Assembly (NCBI GenBank): GCA_963724765.1 | Contig: CAVRVY010000002.1 | Span: forward strand, 416,001-480,000 | Length of the DNA stretch: 64,000 nt | Direction of reading: 5' to 3' | Source of the DNA: an uncultured delta proteobacterium | GTDB taxonomy: Bacteria; Desulfobacterota; Binatia; Binatales; Binataceae | Shown: positions 9,921-20,245 of the stretch, in pieces | Layout: each line of letters opens with the position of its first letter | How positions within the stretch are numbered: the stretch's first letter is position 1 | Program-made: the position numbers and the translations under genes | The notes under the pieces: model-generated | The model's database searches: none | Told to the model about the DNA's origin: nothing | What the model saw: only the letters and a program-made list of their open reading frames with translations

Positions 9921-11291
9921 ATGGCTCGACGTTTAATCGCCGTCGCCGGATTGTTAGGCGTCGCTCTGTTGCTGGGGGCAATGCCCTCGCCGGCGCATGC
10001 GCAGCCTGCTCCCTGGCAGGCCGAGAAGGGGTACGAGAACGGAATTCCGATCGGCACCAAGATCACTCAGGCGAACTGGCAGCAATACCAGCAGTTTATG
10101 CCCGAGAGCATGATCCATCTTTTCAAGGGCGACCTCTTCTGGCACATGCCGGCGAATGTCGAGATCGACGTCGGTCCCACGCGTCACATTTTCCCGCCCA
10201 AGCCGTTCAATGAAGACACCGAGAAGTACGGCAGCCAGACGTCGTTGGTGAAGACCTCGGATGGCGGCTACCTGCCGAAGGGCTACGTTGGCGGATTCCC
10301 GTTCGCCAATCCGTTCACGGGCGATAAATCCGAAGTGGGCGCGAAGATGTACTACAACAACTACTACCGCCCCGCCCCGGTCGTGGAGGAGGCCCCCAAC
10401 TGCTCCTACACCCTGGACAAGTACGCAAACTTCACCCGCACTGCCGACTCGAACATCGTCTTTTCACAGCTCACCCATCTGAGTGAGCCTGGGTATCCGC
10501 GGGAATTGCCGGGCAACAATGGCTACTTCTTCGCTGCATATTTCGAGCAGACCGCTCCCGAGCAGGGTAAGTATTTCGCCTCGCTCGACATGACCTGGAA
10601 CGACCCGGCCGTGCTGGATGAGCTTTACGAATACATCCCGAGCCTCAGGCGCTCACTGCGTGTCTCCCAGGCGGCGCGTTGCGCACCGATCTTCGGTACC
10701 GACATCGTGTACGAAGACGCCCAGGAAGGGGCTCCGCGGATGGGGAACCTGTTCAACAACGTGTACCTCGGTGAAAAGAGAATTCTCAACCTCATGCACG
10801 GAGCTCCCGCCAGCTTCGATACCTGCGGCACGCCTACCTCGCTCGATCCCCGGTATTATTACTTTGGCCTCAAAGGCGTGGTGCCGTTCCCCAATCCAGG
10901 CTCGGGTGAATGGGAAGTCCGCAATGTGTATATGGTGGAGATGACGCGGCTTCCCGCGGTCTCTCGCGGTTACTGTTACGGTAAGCGCCTGCTGTACCTC
11001 GACAAGGAGAACTATTTCCCTGACCAGACCGAGGTTTGGGACCGGGCGGGGAATCTTTACAAATGGATTGTGGTGCTTGCCTACCCGGCGATTCTCCCGG
11101 GTCTTGGCCTGGAGGGCCAGGAAGTGACGATAACCGGACCGAACACCGCGTATGTCGTGAATTTCCAGGATGAGCACGCGACCGTTTTTATCGGTCTGCA
11201 CGTATGCGTGGACCACGAGTGCGACGCCCAGGGGTTCTCGAACGTTGATCGGTATGCGCAGCCTGACGGCCTGATGAAGATTATGCAGTAG
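9921..11291 (+). CDS. DUF1329 family periplasmic protein
   Basis: Signal peptide; IT..NWQQY, GFPF, YIPSLRRSLRVS, YGKRLLYLDKE, DRAGNLYK. Confidence 0.8.
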   Translation: MARRLIAVAGLLGVALLLGAMPSPAHAQPAPWQAEKGYENGIPIGTKITQANWQQYQQFMPESMIHLFKGDLFWHMPANVEIDVGPTRHIFPPKPFNEDTEKYGSQTSLVKTSDGGYLPKGYVGGFPFANPFTGDKSEVGAKMYYNNYYRPAPVVEEAPNCSYTLDKYANFTRTADSNIVFSQLTHLSEPGYPRELPGNNGYFFAAYFEQTAPEQGKYFASLDMTWNDPAVLDELYEYIPSLRRSLRVSQAARCAPIFGTDIVYEDAQEGAPRMGNLFNNVYLGEKRILNLMHGAPASFDTCGTPTSLDPRYYYFGLKGVVPFPNPGSGEWEVRNVYMVEMTRLPAVSRGYCYGKRLLYLDKENYFPDQTEVWDRAGNLYKWIVVLAYPAILPGLGLEGQEVTITGPNTAYVVNFQDEHATVFIGLHVCVDHECDAQGFSNVDRYAQPDGLMKIMQ

Positions 11292-12464
11292 ATGGGCCGG
11301 CAGGACGGTGCGGCTCAGCGAAAGGGCGCGCGTAGCGCGTGGGAACGTTTGATGGGCTTGGTGTCGCCTGAAAAGGCAGAACTGCCCGCCTCGCATTCGG
11401 ACCAGGCCCGGGGCAAGGAACAGACCCCGCGAGCGCTCCGATGCAGTCTGTCGGCACTGGTACTGATGGCGGCGGCTGTGATGTTGGTGTTTCCAATCGC
11501 GGTGGCCGCGGCCCCCGCCCCCGCTGCGGACAACAGCTCGAACCTGGCCCGGCCTTGGGATTCATTCTTCAGCGTTGCGTATCTGCCCTCTGGCAAATGC
11601 TACGTCGTCGGAGCGGAGGGCGCGCTGCTGACCTCGACCGATGGTGGACAGAACTGGCAGCGGCGCGCGATCGCCGAGCGCGGCGATCTATCCTGGTCCG
11701 ACCTCTACAGCATCCGTTTCGCCAGCGACGGGCAGACCGGATGGATCGGCGGTGAGGGCGGGCTGATCCTCAAAACTACCGATGGCGGCCAGACCTGGAA
11801 CCCTCAGACGAGCGGCACCACTGAGAACATCTTTCGCATCGCGGTGGTCGACCCGCGAACCGCTTATGCTTCCGGCTCCAACGGCCTGCTGATGGGCACA
11901 ACTGATGGCGGTGCGCACTGGCAGTCGCAAACCCTCAAGAGTGGTCTCATCTTCATGGATATCGCGTTCGCCGACGCGCAGAACGGATGGGCGGTGGGCG
12001 AGTTCGAGACGATCATGCATACCGTCGACGGCGGTAAGACGTGGACCGCGCAGATGGGCGGCAAGCGGGCCAACTTCAAACTGCCGGCGCTGTTTGCGAT
12101 TAGCTTCAGCGACGCGCAACACGGATGGGCGGCGGGGCAGGGCGGCACGCTTCTGCGTACTGACAACGGCGGCGCAACCTGGCAACCCTTTGCCTCACCT
12201 TCAGCGTCCCCGATGTATAGCGTCGCTTACGCTGGCGGGACGTCAGGCTCCGCGCCGTCGGAGTTGTGGGGCTCCGGCGAAGGCGGCGTGCTGCTGGGCG
12301 TCGGGCTTGGCGGCGCCGCCGCACCCGTCGTGAAGACGCCAACGGTGTTCGATCTGGCCGACGTCGCGTTCAATGGACAAAATGGTGTCGCGGTCGGGCT
12401 TGGCGGCACAATCGTGCACACCGCCAACGGCGGCGCACATTGGGAAGTGGTGACAGGAAAGTGA
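11292..12464 (+). CDS. YCF48-like BNR-repeat beta-propeller protein
   Basis: Repeated S/TxDGGxxW Asp-box motifs and GWAVG/GWIGG blades. Confidence 0.85.
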   Translation: MGRQDGAAQRKGARSAWERLMGLVSPEKAELPASHSDQARGKEQTPRALRCSLSALVLMAAAVMLVFPIAVAAAPAPAADNSSNLARPWDSFFSVAYLPSGKCYVVGAEGALLTSTDGGQNWQRRAIAERGDLSWSDLYSIRFASDGQTGWIGGEGGLILKTTDGGQTWNPQTSGTTENIFRIAVVDPRTAYASGSNGLLMGTTDGGAHWQSQTLKSGLIFMDIAFADAQNGWAVGEFETIMHTVDGGKTWTAQMGGKRANFKLPALFAISFSDAQHGWAAGQGGTLLRTDNGGATWQPFASPSASPMYSVAYAGGTSGSAPSELWGSGEGGVLLGVGLGGAAAPVVKTPTVFDLADVAFNGQNGVAVGLGGTIVHTANGGAHWEVVTGK

Positions 12465-14854
12465 TGGGCCGGTTCATACTGCGCTATCGCGCGATAATCG
12501 GGATAGCCTTGCTGGTGATCACGGGCATCTTTGGCTACTACGCGAGCAAGCTCACGATCGGCACCAGCTTCATCGACTTTTTTCCCAAGAACCACCCCTA
12601 CGTCAAGCTCTACCACGAATACGAACGCTACGGCGGCGCGCAACGGCTGACCCTGATGGTTCAGGTCAAGCACGGGGACATCTTCAACTATAAGACGTTA
12701 AGAAAAATCCAGGACATCAGTTACGACGTCGACCTGCTGCCCGACGTCAACCACCAATCGATCCGCTCATTGGGATCCTTCCGTGTGCGATACGCGGTCG
12801 CGCTGCCGGGCAATCTCGTCTACAAGGCCTACATGTATCCCAACGTCCCGACCACGGGGGCGGGGATACAGGAGATCAAGCGCGAAATTTTCATCCATCG
12901 CCTGGAGATGCGCAGTCTGGTGAGCGATGACGGGCGCAGTGCGGCGATCATGGCCTCGTTCTATGAGGGCCGGCTCAACTATCGCGAGGTCTTCAACAAG
13001 ATCCAGGCGCTCATAGCCAAGTACCAGGATGACAACACGGTCATCTATGCCGCCGGCGAACCGATGATCCGCGGCTACGGGTATTACTACCTGCCCATGC
13101 TCGTGACGATCTTCTTCATCTCTGACGGCATCATGATCCTGATCCTATACATCTTCTTCAGAGGCCGCAGCACCTGGTGGGCGCCGCTCATCACCGGCCT
13201 GTTGTCGACCGTCTGGGGCCTCGGATTCATCGGGATGCAGGGCTACGAGTTCGACCCGGTGATGCTGGTCATACGATTTATATTGACCGCCCGCGATATG
13301 AGCCACGGCATCCAGTGGCAGGGCCGCTATTACGACGAGCTTGAAACGCACGGCCACGACAAGATGGCCGCGTGCGAAGTAACGACCACCCTGATGCTGC
13401 CGCCGGGCTTGCTCGCGATCCTGGCCGACATCGCGGGCATCGTCTTCATCTCCTTCGGCGGCATCCCGTCGCTCCAGCACGTGGCCTCCTCGGGTGCGGT
13501 ATGGCTGGGCGGCAGTCTCACGATGGTCTTCATCTTCCAGCCGATCATGATGAGCTATCTGCCTACGCCCAAGCCACTGCCGCCGGCTAAGGCGAAGCGG
13601 GGATGGCTGACGTTGGTCGAGGACAAGCTGGTCGAATTCCCGATCACGCCCGGCTATGCGCGCGAGGGTGCTTTGATAGCAGTCGGCGTGCTGATCGTTG
13701 TGGGTTTCGTCGCAGGTGTTCGGGCCAAAATCGGCTATACGGAACCGGGCACGCCGCTTTACCGGCACAATGCCAAAGTCAACCAGGATATCAATGCGGT
13801 GCGGCAGGTGTTCCCGCTGGATGAGGGATGGCTAATCGTGCGGGCGCGAGCGTCGACTACTATCAGCGCCGCCTACACGCCCGATATGCTCGCGCCCGAC
13901 GTGATCCGGCTGCAGCGTGACCTCGGACGCTTCCTGCTGGAGGATCCTAAGGTCTCGAGCATTATTTCGGTCGCGCCGGACATAATCGAGCCGTACAACC
14001 AGATGTTCCACTACGGCTATCCGAAATACCTGGCGGTGCCGCGCACCGCAGACGACGCGATGGGCCTGTACTTCCTGTTTATGCAGGGGACTGCGCCGGG
14101 AGAGGCCGAGCAATGGATCAACTTAAACACCAACGACGGAATCCTGCGCGTGCTGCTCGCGGATCACACTTACCAGACGCTCAATAACATCCAGGCGCGG
14201 CTGGCCGAATTCGTCCGCCGGCGTGCCAAATGGGATCCGGCGTACAAGAAAGTCGAGATCGTGTACTTGGGCGGCGTAGCGGGCCTCTATGCCGCGGCCA
14301 ATGATGTGCTCTACCAACTCGACTTCATCAACATCACGTTTGTGCTCGGCGTGGTCTTCCTGTTCTGCGCCGTAGTCTACCGCTCGCTGGTGGCCGGAGT
14401 GTTGTTCGTGGTGTCCTGTATCGCGGCGAACTTTTCTGCGTTTATCTACATGCGGCTGGCGGATATCGGCATCACGATTGACACGATACCGGTTATCTCG
14501 CTGGGTATCGGTCTGGGCGTGGACTACGGTATCTACGCGGTCTCCCGCATCTGCGACGAGTGCGCCGAGGGCAGGCGGCTGGAGGATGCCATCACGACCG
14601 CGCTAAGAGGCACCGGCGCCGCCGTGCTGGCGACCTTTTCGGTCATCGTCGGCGGCTTGGCGCCGTGGGTATTTTCCCCGGTGCTGTTCCATAACGAGAT
14701 GAGCGTATTGCTGATTATCCTGATGTCGACCAATGTGATCGTGGGGCTTTTGATACTACCGGCGTATATAGCGTGGGCGCGCCCGCGCTTCATTTTCGGT
14801 GGCGTTGCGGAGGAAGAGTTACGCAAGGAAACGATGGCTGCGGCTTCAAATTGA
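12464..14854 (+). CDS. MMPL/RND-family inner-membrane transporter
   Basis: Duplicated 1TM + periplasmic + 5TM architecture; GIGLGVDYGIY; start overlaps the upstream stop. Confidence 0.88.
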   Translation: MGRFILRYRAIIGIALLVITGIFGYYASKLTIGTSFIDFFPKNHPYVKLYHEYERYGGAQRLTLMVQVKHGDIFNYKTLRKIQDISYDVDLLPDVNHQSIRSLGSFRVRYAVALPGNLVYKAYMYPNVPTTGAGIQEIKREIFIHRLEMRSLVSDDGRSAAIMASFYEGRLNYREVFNKIQALIAKYQDDNTVIYAAGEPMIRGYGYYYLPMLVTIFFISDGIMILILYIFFRGRSTWWAPLITGLLSTVWGLGFIGMQGYEFDPVMLVIRFILTARDMSHGIQWQGRYYDELETHGHDKMAACEVTTTLMLPPGLLAILADIAGIVFISFGGIPSLQHVASSGAVWLGGSLTMVFIFQPIMMSYLPTPKPLPPAKAKRGWLTLVEDKLVEFPITPGYAREGALIAVGVLIVVGFVAGVRAKIGYTEPGTPLYRHNAKVNQDINAVRQVFPLDEGWLIVRARASTTISAAYTPDMLAPDVIRLQRDLGRFLLEDPKVSSIISVAPDIIEPYNQMFHYGYPKYLAVPRTADDAMGLYFLFMQGTAPGEAEQWINLNTNDGILRVLLADHTYQTLNNIQARLAEFVRRRAKWDPAYKKVEIVYLGGVAGLYAAANDVLYQLDFINITFVLGVVFLFCAVVYRSLVAGVLFVVSCIAANFSAFIYMRLADIGITIDTIPVISLGIGLGVDYGIYAVSRICDECAEGRRLEDAITTALRGTGAAVLATFSVIVGGLAPWVFSPVLFHNEMSVLLIILMSTNVIVGLLILPAYIAWARPRFIFGGVAEEELRKETMAAASN

Positions 14855-14948
14855 ATCGGGGATGCCGCCGCTGCATCCGCACGCCGCAAGGACGCGGCGG
14901 CGCGGCAAGCGGCGCGGCACGCGGCCACGAGCCTCGGGAGGGGTAGGT

Positions 14949-16694
14949 ATGAAACCCATTCTAAAAAGCCGTTCCGGACTGCTTTTGGCGGTGGCTATGA
15001 TGATCGCGCTGGCGTGCCTCGGCGCGACAGGAGGTTCGGCGCTGGCGCAGACCGCCGGTGGCGGTTCTCAGCCGCCGGCTGTGCCGCTTTGGAAGAGCGC
15101 CGTGCTGGGCAGCAGCGCGCCGTTCATCGACGTAAGTGAGCAACCGGGGTGGTTGCAGGGCCTGTCAGTCTCGGGCTTTATCAGCAATACCACCGGGATG
15201 TGGGTCGATTCCGCCGGTATCCGCTATCAGAAGAGCAAGAATTCGCTGGCCACCGAGCGCAACTGGGTCCAGTTGGACCTCAACTACATACTCAACGGCG
15301 ACAACCGGTTTTTCATTCGCGGATGGGGTGTGTACGAGCCGCCCTACCCATTCGAGTACAAGGCCGGCATGACCGACATGTCGGATTACTACAACCAGTA
15401 CAACGTCAGGGACGCGTACTGGAAGAACACCACCGGACCGCTGACGTTTTTTGTAGGCCGCCAGATCGTGACCTGGGGCGAGTCGCTGGCCTTCCGTGTG
15501 GGCGACGTGATCAACCCGCAGGATTTTACCTGGAACTTCGGCTTCTCCAACCTCGAGCAGTCGCGCTTGCCGTTGTGGATGGTGCATCCGATCCTGAACC
15601 TCCCGAGCTGGGGGCCATTGGGCAACAACTTCATCGAGGGAGTTTGGACGCCGGCCTGGCAGCCGATGTATAACCCCTCGGTCGATACTCCGAATCAGGA
15701 TTCCAATCCCCACAGCAACTGGTATGACGGCCAGCACGACGTCGCCGGTTCGGTTTCGCTGCTTGCGCCGTTCACTTTGGTCTCGGCGGCTCGGTTCCAG
15801 GTCCAACCCTACCCGCTGCTGTTCGGGACGCCCGGCGTTCCGGCAAACATGACGGCCTTTCCGCAGCTGCGAGGGTCCAGCTTTGCTCCGCCGTTCTTCT
15901 CCTATCACCTGCCGAGCGATACGCTAGGCAGTTCAACCGAAGGCTTCCGAATCCATACGCTGGTGAAGAACGCTGAGATCACGCTGCTCTATTGGCATGG
16001 TCATCAGTTCAACGAGGGCGGGACGCCGGGCGCGCCATTCTACGTCATGGGCAGCCCTTCCACGGGCCAGTACCTGCAGGCCTACTTTCCCCAGTTCAAC
16101 GACATCGGCGCGACGCTGAACCGGCCGATTTATCTGCCCGGTGAAATTCTCTCAAGCGTACCGATCGTGCTCAGGACCGAGGCGGTGTGGCAGGACCGGA
16201 CACCGTTCAACACCACCGACGTGTCGGTAACCAACGGGGTGGTCGATAAGAACACGATCAATTCACTCGTCGCGCTGGACCTGGACGGCCTCTATGCGCC
16301 GTGGCTGACCAAGACCGGTACGCTGAGCGGCAACCTCGAATGGAACCAGTACACGATCGTGGGCTATGGCAAAAGCCTGGTCTACGATTTCTATGCTGAA
16401 CGCTATCGCCACAACGAAGAGCAGCTCCTGATCAGCGTCAACACGAGCTGGTGGTGGGGCGCGATCTTGCCAACTTACACCATGATCTGGAATCCCTCTG
16501 GCGACACCTCGCTGCTGTTCCCGACCCTGGTGCTGACGCCGCCCTGGACCAACAAGTACTTCGCCACTCTCGGCTACGTCGGCATCCTCGGCAATGACAA
16601 GTTCAACTCGTTTTCCGGCGGTGTCTTCAAGGGCAAGAGCATTCTGTATATGCAGTTCCAGTACAACTTCCAGCCCGTCAAAGGACGCAGCTGA
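14949..16694 (+). CDS. DUF1302 family outer-membrane beta-barrel
   Basis: Signal peptide, VRDAY..GRQIVTWGE..DVINP.D motif, terminal QFQYNF. Confidence 0.8.
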   Translation: MKPILKSRSGLLLAVAMMIALACLGATGGSALAQTAGGGSQPPAVPLWKSAVLGSSAPFIDVSEQPGWLQGLSVSGFISNTTGMWVDSAGIRYQKSKNSLATERNWVQLDLNYILNGDNRFFIRGWGVYEPPYPFEYKAGMTDMSDYYNQYNVRDAYWKNTTGPLTFFVGRQIVTWGESLAFRVGDVINPQDFTWNFGFSNLEQSRLPLWMVHPILNLPSWGPLGNNFIEGVWTPAWQPMYNPSVDTPNQDSNPHSNWYDGQHDVAGSVSLLAPFTLVSAARFQVQPYPLLFGTPGVPANMTAFPQLRGSSFAPPFFSYHLPSDTLGSSTEGFRIHTLVKNAEITLLYWHGHQFNEGGTPGAPFYVMGSPSTGQYLQAYFPQFNDIGATLNRPIYLPGEILSSVPIVLRTEAVWQDRTPFNTTDVSVTNGVVDKNTINSLVALDLDGLYAPWLTKTGTLSGNLEWNQYTIVGYGKSLVYDFYAERYRHNEEQLLISVNTSWWWGAILPTYTMIWNPSGDTSLLFPTLVLTPPWTNKYFATLGYVGILGNDKFNSFSGGVFKGKSILYMQFQYNFQPVKGRS

Positions 16695-16740
16695 GGCTTA
16701 GGCAGGAATCGTAGGTTGGACCTGCAAGGGAGTAAGTGAG

Positions 16741-17895
16741 ATGGCGAAACGGACCGTATTCATCATCGCAATCCTGCTCGCCCTGTCGGCCTGGTGTAGG
16801 TCCGGCGCGCTGGCCCAGATGCCGCCTGAGGAGGGCGTCAAGGTACGCGAGTTGCCGCTGCCCGGACCACACTGGGTATTCGTGATGAATCCGTTCAGCG
16901 GCACGCTGGAAGTCACCAGCGTGTTCGTCATCGACGGCGATTCGCTCCAGGTGCTTGGTCAGATGACCGGTGGAGTGGTCAGCGCATTCGCGATCGCGCC
17001 GGACCACAAGCAGTTCTACATGGCCGACACTTACTACTCGCGCGGCGCGCGCGGCGATCGCACTGACGTACTGACTATCTATGAGGCGCGTCACCTGGCG
17101 CCGGTCGGTGAAGTGATTCTTCCGACCAAGCGCCAGCTTTCGATACCCGACAGCTCGCAGCTCTCGGTCACGCCGGACGGCCGCTTCGTATTGGTCGCCA
17201 ATCTGACTCCAGCGACGTCGGTTAGCGTGGTCGATATCCAGAACCGCAGCGTCGCCGGCGAGATCGAAACTTCCGGATGCGCCGAAGTCCTGATCGCCGG
17301 GCCGCGCCGCTTCGTTTCCATTTGCAGCGACGGCACGATGATGACCACCGAATTCAACGACAACGGCAAGGCGACGGCGCAAAAGCGCACCGCCAAGCCG
17401 TTTTTTGACATCGAGAAGGATCCTGTCTTCGGGGTGCCGGCGCGAGTTGGCGACGACGCCTACTTCGTCAGCTATCATGGGATGGTCTACCCGATGAACC
17501 TCGGGGCGAACCCGGCCGAGCCGGGCCAGTCCTGGTCGTTGCTCAGCGACAGCGAAAAGACGGCGGGATGGTTGCCGGGCGGCTATCAGCCGATTTGGGC
17601 CAACGCCGCCAAGGGCTTGCTGTTCGTCCTGATGCATCGCGGCGGCGGCGACTGGACGCATAAGAACCCGGGCACCGAAGTGTGGGTGTACGACGTGAAG
17701 ACACAAAAGCGGGTCGACCGGATCGCGCTGCCGCAGAAGGCCAACTCCATTCTGGTCACCCAGGACGATGCCCCGACGCTGTTCGCCCTGAGCACGATGC
17801 CCGCCATGATGCAGGCGTTCTCCGCACTGGACGGCAGGTATCTCGGCGCGATCCAGGATCTGTCGGGTGTCCCGTGGGAGATGTTCGGGCTCTGA
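16741..17895 (+). CDS. mauB: TTQ amine dehydrogenase heavy subunit
   Basis: TYYSRGARGDRTD, NLTPATSVSVVD, GC..C.DG, W.PGGYQ, LMH..THK.PGTEVWVYD. Confidence 0.9.
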   Translation: MAKRTVFIIAILLALSAWCRSGALAQMPPEEGVKVRELPLPGPHWVFVMNPFSGTLEVTSVFVIDGDSLQVLGQMTGGVVSAFAIAPDHKQFYMADTYYSRGARGDRTDVLTIYEARHLAPVGEVILPTKRQLSIPDSSQLSVTPDGRFVLVANLTPATSVSVVDIQNRSVAGEIETSGCAEVLIAGPRRFVSICSDGTMMTTEFNDNGKATAQKRTAKPFFDIEKDPVFGVPARVGDDAYFVSYHGMVYPMNLGANPAEPGQSWSLLSDSEKTAGWLPGGYQPIWANAAKGLLFVLMHRGGGDWTHKNPGTEVWVYDVKTQKRVDRIALPQKANSILVTQDDAPTLFALSTMPAMMQAFSALDGRYLGAIQDLSGVPWEMFGL

Positions 17896-17927
17896 TGATT
17901 GAGCTTTAAAGTTACGCACGGAGAGCG

Positions 17928-18476
17928 ATGCCTCAGATCGACCCAGTACTCGTATGGATGGCCGTGGTCTCGGCTGCGGCCATCTTCGTCGCGTCGGGGG
18001 CGCTCAAGTTCTATGACCTCGAAACCTTTCGCGGCGCGGTGACCAATTACCGCCTGATTCCCGAGTGGCTCGCGACGCCCTTTGCCTGGACGGCGCCGGT
18101 GATCGAGTGCGCCGCGGCGCTGGGCCTGCTGCTGAGCCCGATCCGTGAGTCCGCGGCGCTGGTGTTGATCGTGCTGCTCGGGGTCTTCACGGGTGCGATC
18201 GTTATCAATCTCGCGCGCGGCCGTACCGATATCGACTGCGGATGCTTCGGCCCGGCACTGCGCCAGCGGCTGAGCTGGTGGCTGCTGTTGCGCAACGCAG
18301 CGCTGTTTGCGCTGCTCGCGATCGCTCTGATGCCCGCCGGTGCGCGAGCCATGGACTTTCTCGACCTCGCGACCGCCGGCATGGCGGCTGCCACGGTGGT
18401 GGTGCTCTATACTGCCGCCAACTATCTAATCGCGAACGCCCCCGGGCTTCGCGCGCTGGGTGCGCTAAATGCTTGA
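17928..18476 (+). CDS. mauE: Methylamine utilisation membrane protein MauE
   Basis: INLARGRTDIDCGCFG, LLRN, 4-5 TM. Confidence 0.9.
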   Translation: MPQIDPVLVWMAVVSAAAIFVASGALKFYDLETFRGAVTNYRLIPEWLATPFAWTAPVIECAAALGLLLSPIRESAALVLIVLLGVFTGAIVINLARGRTDIDCGCFGPALRQRLSWWLLLRNAALFALLAIALMPAGARAMDFLDLATAGMAAATVVVLYTAANYLIANAPGLRALGALNA

Positions 18477-19191
18477 AGCGTTGGTGATTTCGCAGATTCT
18501 GCTGTGGGCGCTGGTGCTGGCGATGGCGCTGATGATGCTCGCGCTGTTGCGCCAGGTCGGCGTCCTGCACGAGCGGATCGCGCCGATGGGCGCGCTTACG
18601 CTGGACCGCGGGCCCAAGGAGGGCGAGGCCGCGCCGCTGTTCGAGGTCAAGGACCTGCGCCGCGGCACGCCGCTCAAGATCGGCGGCGCACGCGGCCGCA
18701 GCATGCTGCTCTTTTTCCTCTCCCCGACCTGTCCGGTATGCAAGAAACTGCTGCCGATCGTCAAATCGATCCAGCAGTCCGAGAACTCATGGCTCGACGT
18801 GGTTCTGACCAGCGACGGCGAACCGGTCGAGCACGAACGCTTCATCCGCGTGCAGCATCTCGAAGACTTCCCCTACGTGCTCTCGGCCGACGTCGGCATG
18901 ACCTACCGGATCGGCAAGCTTCCCTACGGCGTCATGATCGACGACTCGGGTGTGATCCGGGCCAAGGGATTGCTCAACACGCGCGAGCACCTGGAGAGCC
19001 TGATCGAGGCCAAGCAGATGGGTGTTCCATCGATCCAGCAGTTCCTTCAATCTAGGCAGCCCGAGGGCCACGAACCGCACGATCACCCGCACGACGATGG
19101 ACACGATCACTCGCACGATCGTGTAGATGACCACGCGAACAACCACGAAGCCCCATCGCTTGCCGCAACCGGCAAGAGCGGACGCAAATAG
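18469..19191 (+). CDS. mauD: Thioredoxin-like maturation protein MauD with His-rich tail
   Basis: RQVGVLHERIAPMGAL, SPTCPVCKKLLP, KGLLNTREHLESL. Confidence 0.92.
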   Translation: MLEALVISQILLWALVLAMALMMLALLRQVGVLHERIAPMGALTLDRGPKEGEAAPLFEVKDLRRGTPLKIGGARGRSMLLFFLSPTCPVCKKLLPIVKSIQQSENSWLDVVLTSDGEPVEHERFIRVQHLEDFPYVLSADVGMTYRIGKLPYGVMIDDSGVIRAKGLLNTREHLESLIEAKQMGVPSIQQFLQSRQPEGHEPHDHPHDDGHDHSHDRVDDHANNHEAPSLAATGKSGRK

Positions 19192-19218
19192 GCCGAAAGA
19201 CGGGCAAGGAGACGAACA

Positions 19219-19746
19219 ATGGACTCCCTGATGGAACAGCTGACCCGCACGGTCGCGCAGCGCACTTCGCGCCGTGGCTTCCTGGCCCGGATGGGCAAAT
19301 TGATGCTCGGGGGGATGGTCCTGCCGCTTTTGCCAATCGATCGCGTGATGGGGAGCGCACAGGCGCAGATGACGATGGGTGCGACCGGCACCGGACGCAC
19401 TGACGATCCCTCGACCTGCGACTACTGGCGCTATTGCGGCTTCGATGGGAACCTATGCGGCTGCTGCGGCGGCAGCCATACCGAGTGCCCCGCCGGCACT
19501 ATCATGTCGCCGACCTCGTGGGTGGGCACCTGCCGGGATCCCAACGACGGCAAGGAATACATAATTGGCTATCGCGACTGTTGCGGCAAAGACGTATGTG
19601 GCCGCTGCTTTTGCGAAAATAACAAGGGCGACATGCCCATTTACCGGACTCAACTGGATAACGGAGTCATCTGGTGCTTCGGAACAAAACCTTCATCCTA
19701 CGTCGTCAACTGCACGACGGCCGTCCGACTCGGTCTCAAAACCTGA
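19219..19746 (+). CDS. mauA: TTQ amine dehydrogenase light subunit, copy 1
   Basis: Tat signal SRRGFL; CDYWRYC, SWVGTC (TTQ Trp), YRDCCG (catalytic Asp), IWCFG (cross-link Trp). Confidence 0.92.
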   Translation: MDSLMEQLTRTVAQRTSRRGFLARMGKLMLGGMVLPLLPIDRVMGSAQAQMTMGATGTGRTDDPSTCDYWRYCGFDGNLCGCCGGSHTECPAGTIMSPTSWVGTCRDPNDGKEYIIGYRDCCGKDVCGRCFCENNKGDMPIYRTQLDNGVIWCFGTKPSSYVVNCTTAVRLGLKT

Positions 19747-20231
19747 GTCCTCGTACCTGGCTGATTGCGGCCGCGTGCGCGGTCGTGCTCTCGGCGGGCG
19801 CAGCCACCGCGCAGGCGGACGGCCACAACGTCTTCATCTCGAATTGCGCCGTATGCCATCAGCCCGACGGCAAGGGCGCGCCCTCGGTTTATCCGCCGCT
19901 GGCCGACTCGGTAGGCCGCTATGTGGCGCTCAAGGATGGCCGCGCCTACATTATCGACGTGGTGTCGTTCGGGATGGGCGGCAAGATCGAATCCGACGGC
20001 GACAGGTTCGAGGGCGACATGCCGCCGTGGCCGCAGTTGAGTGACCAGGACGTCGCCGAGGTGCTCACCTACGTCCTGACGGGCCTCAATTCCAAGCTGC
20101 TGCCCGCGGATTTCAAGCCGATCTCCGCGGACGAAGTCAAAGCGGAGCGCGCCAAGCAGCTTACCGCCGCCGGCATCCATGCCGAGCGCGAATCGCTGCT
20201 TAAAAAGCTGGACAGCAAGGCCGCGAAGTAG
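19743..20231 (+). CDS. Monoheme cytochrome c
   Basis: Signal peptide, CAVCH, G.G...YPPLA, MPPW. Probable CTG start overlapping the mauA stop. Confidence 0.85.
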   Translation: MSPRTWLIAAACAVVLSAGAATAQADGHNVFISNCAVCHQPDGKGAPSVYPPLADSVGRYVALKDGRAYIIDVVSFGMGGKIESDGDRFEGDMPPWPQLSDQDVAEVLTYVLTGLNSKLLPADFKPISADEVKAERAKQLTAAGIHAERESLLKKLDSKAAK

Positions 20232-20245
20232 GACGCGCGCCTGCG

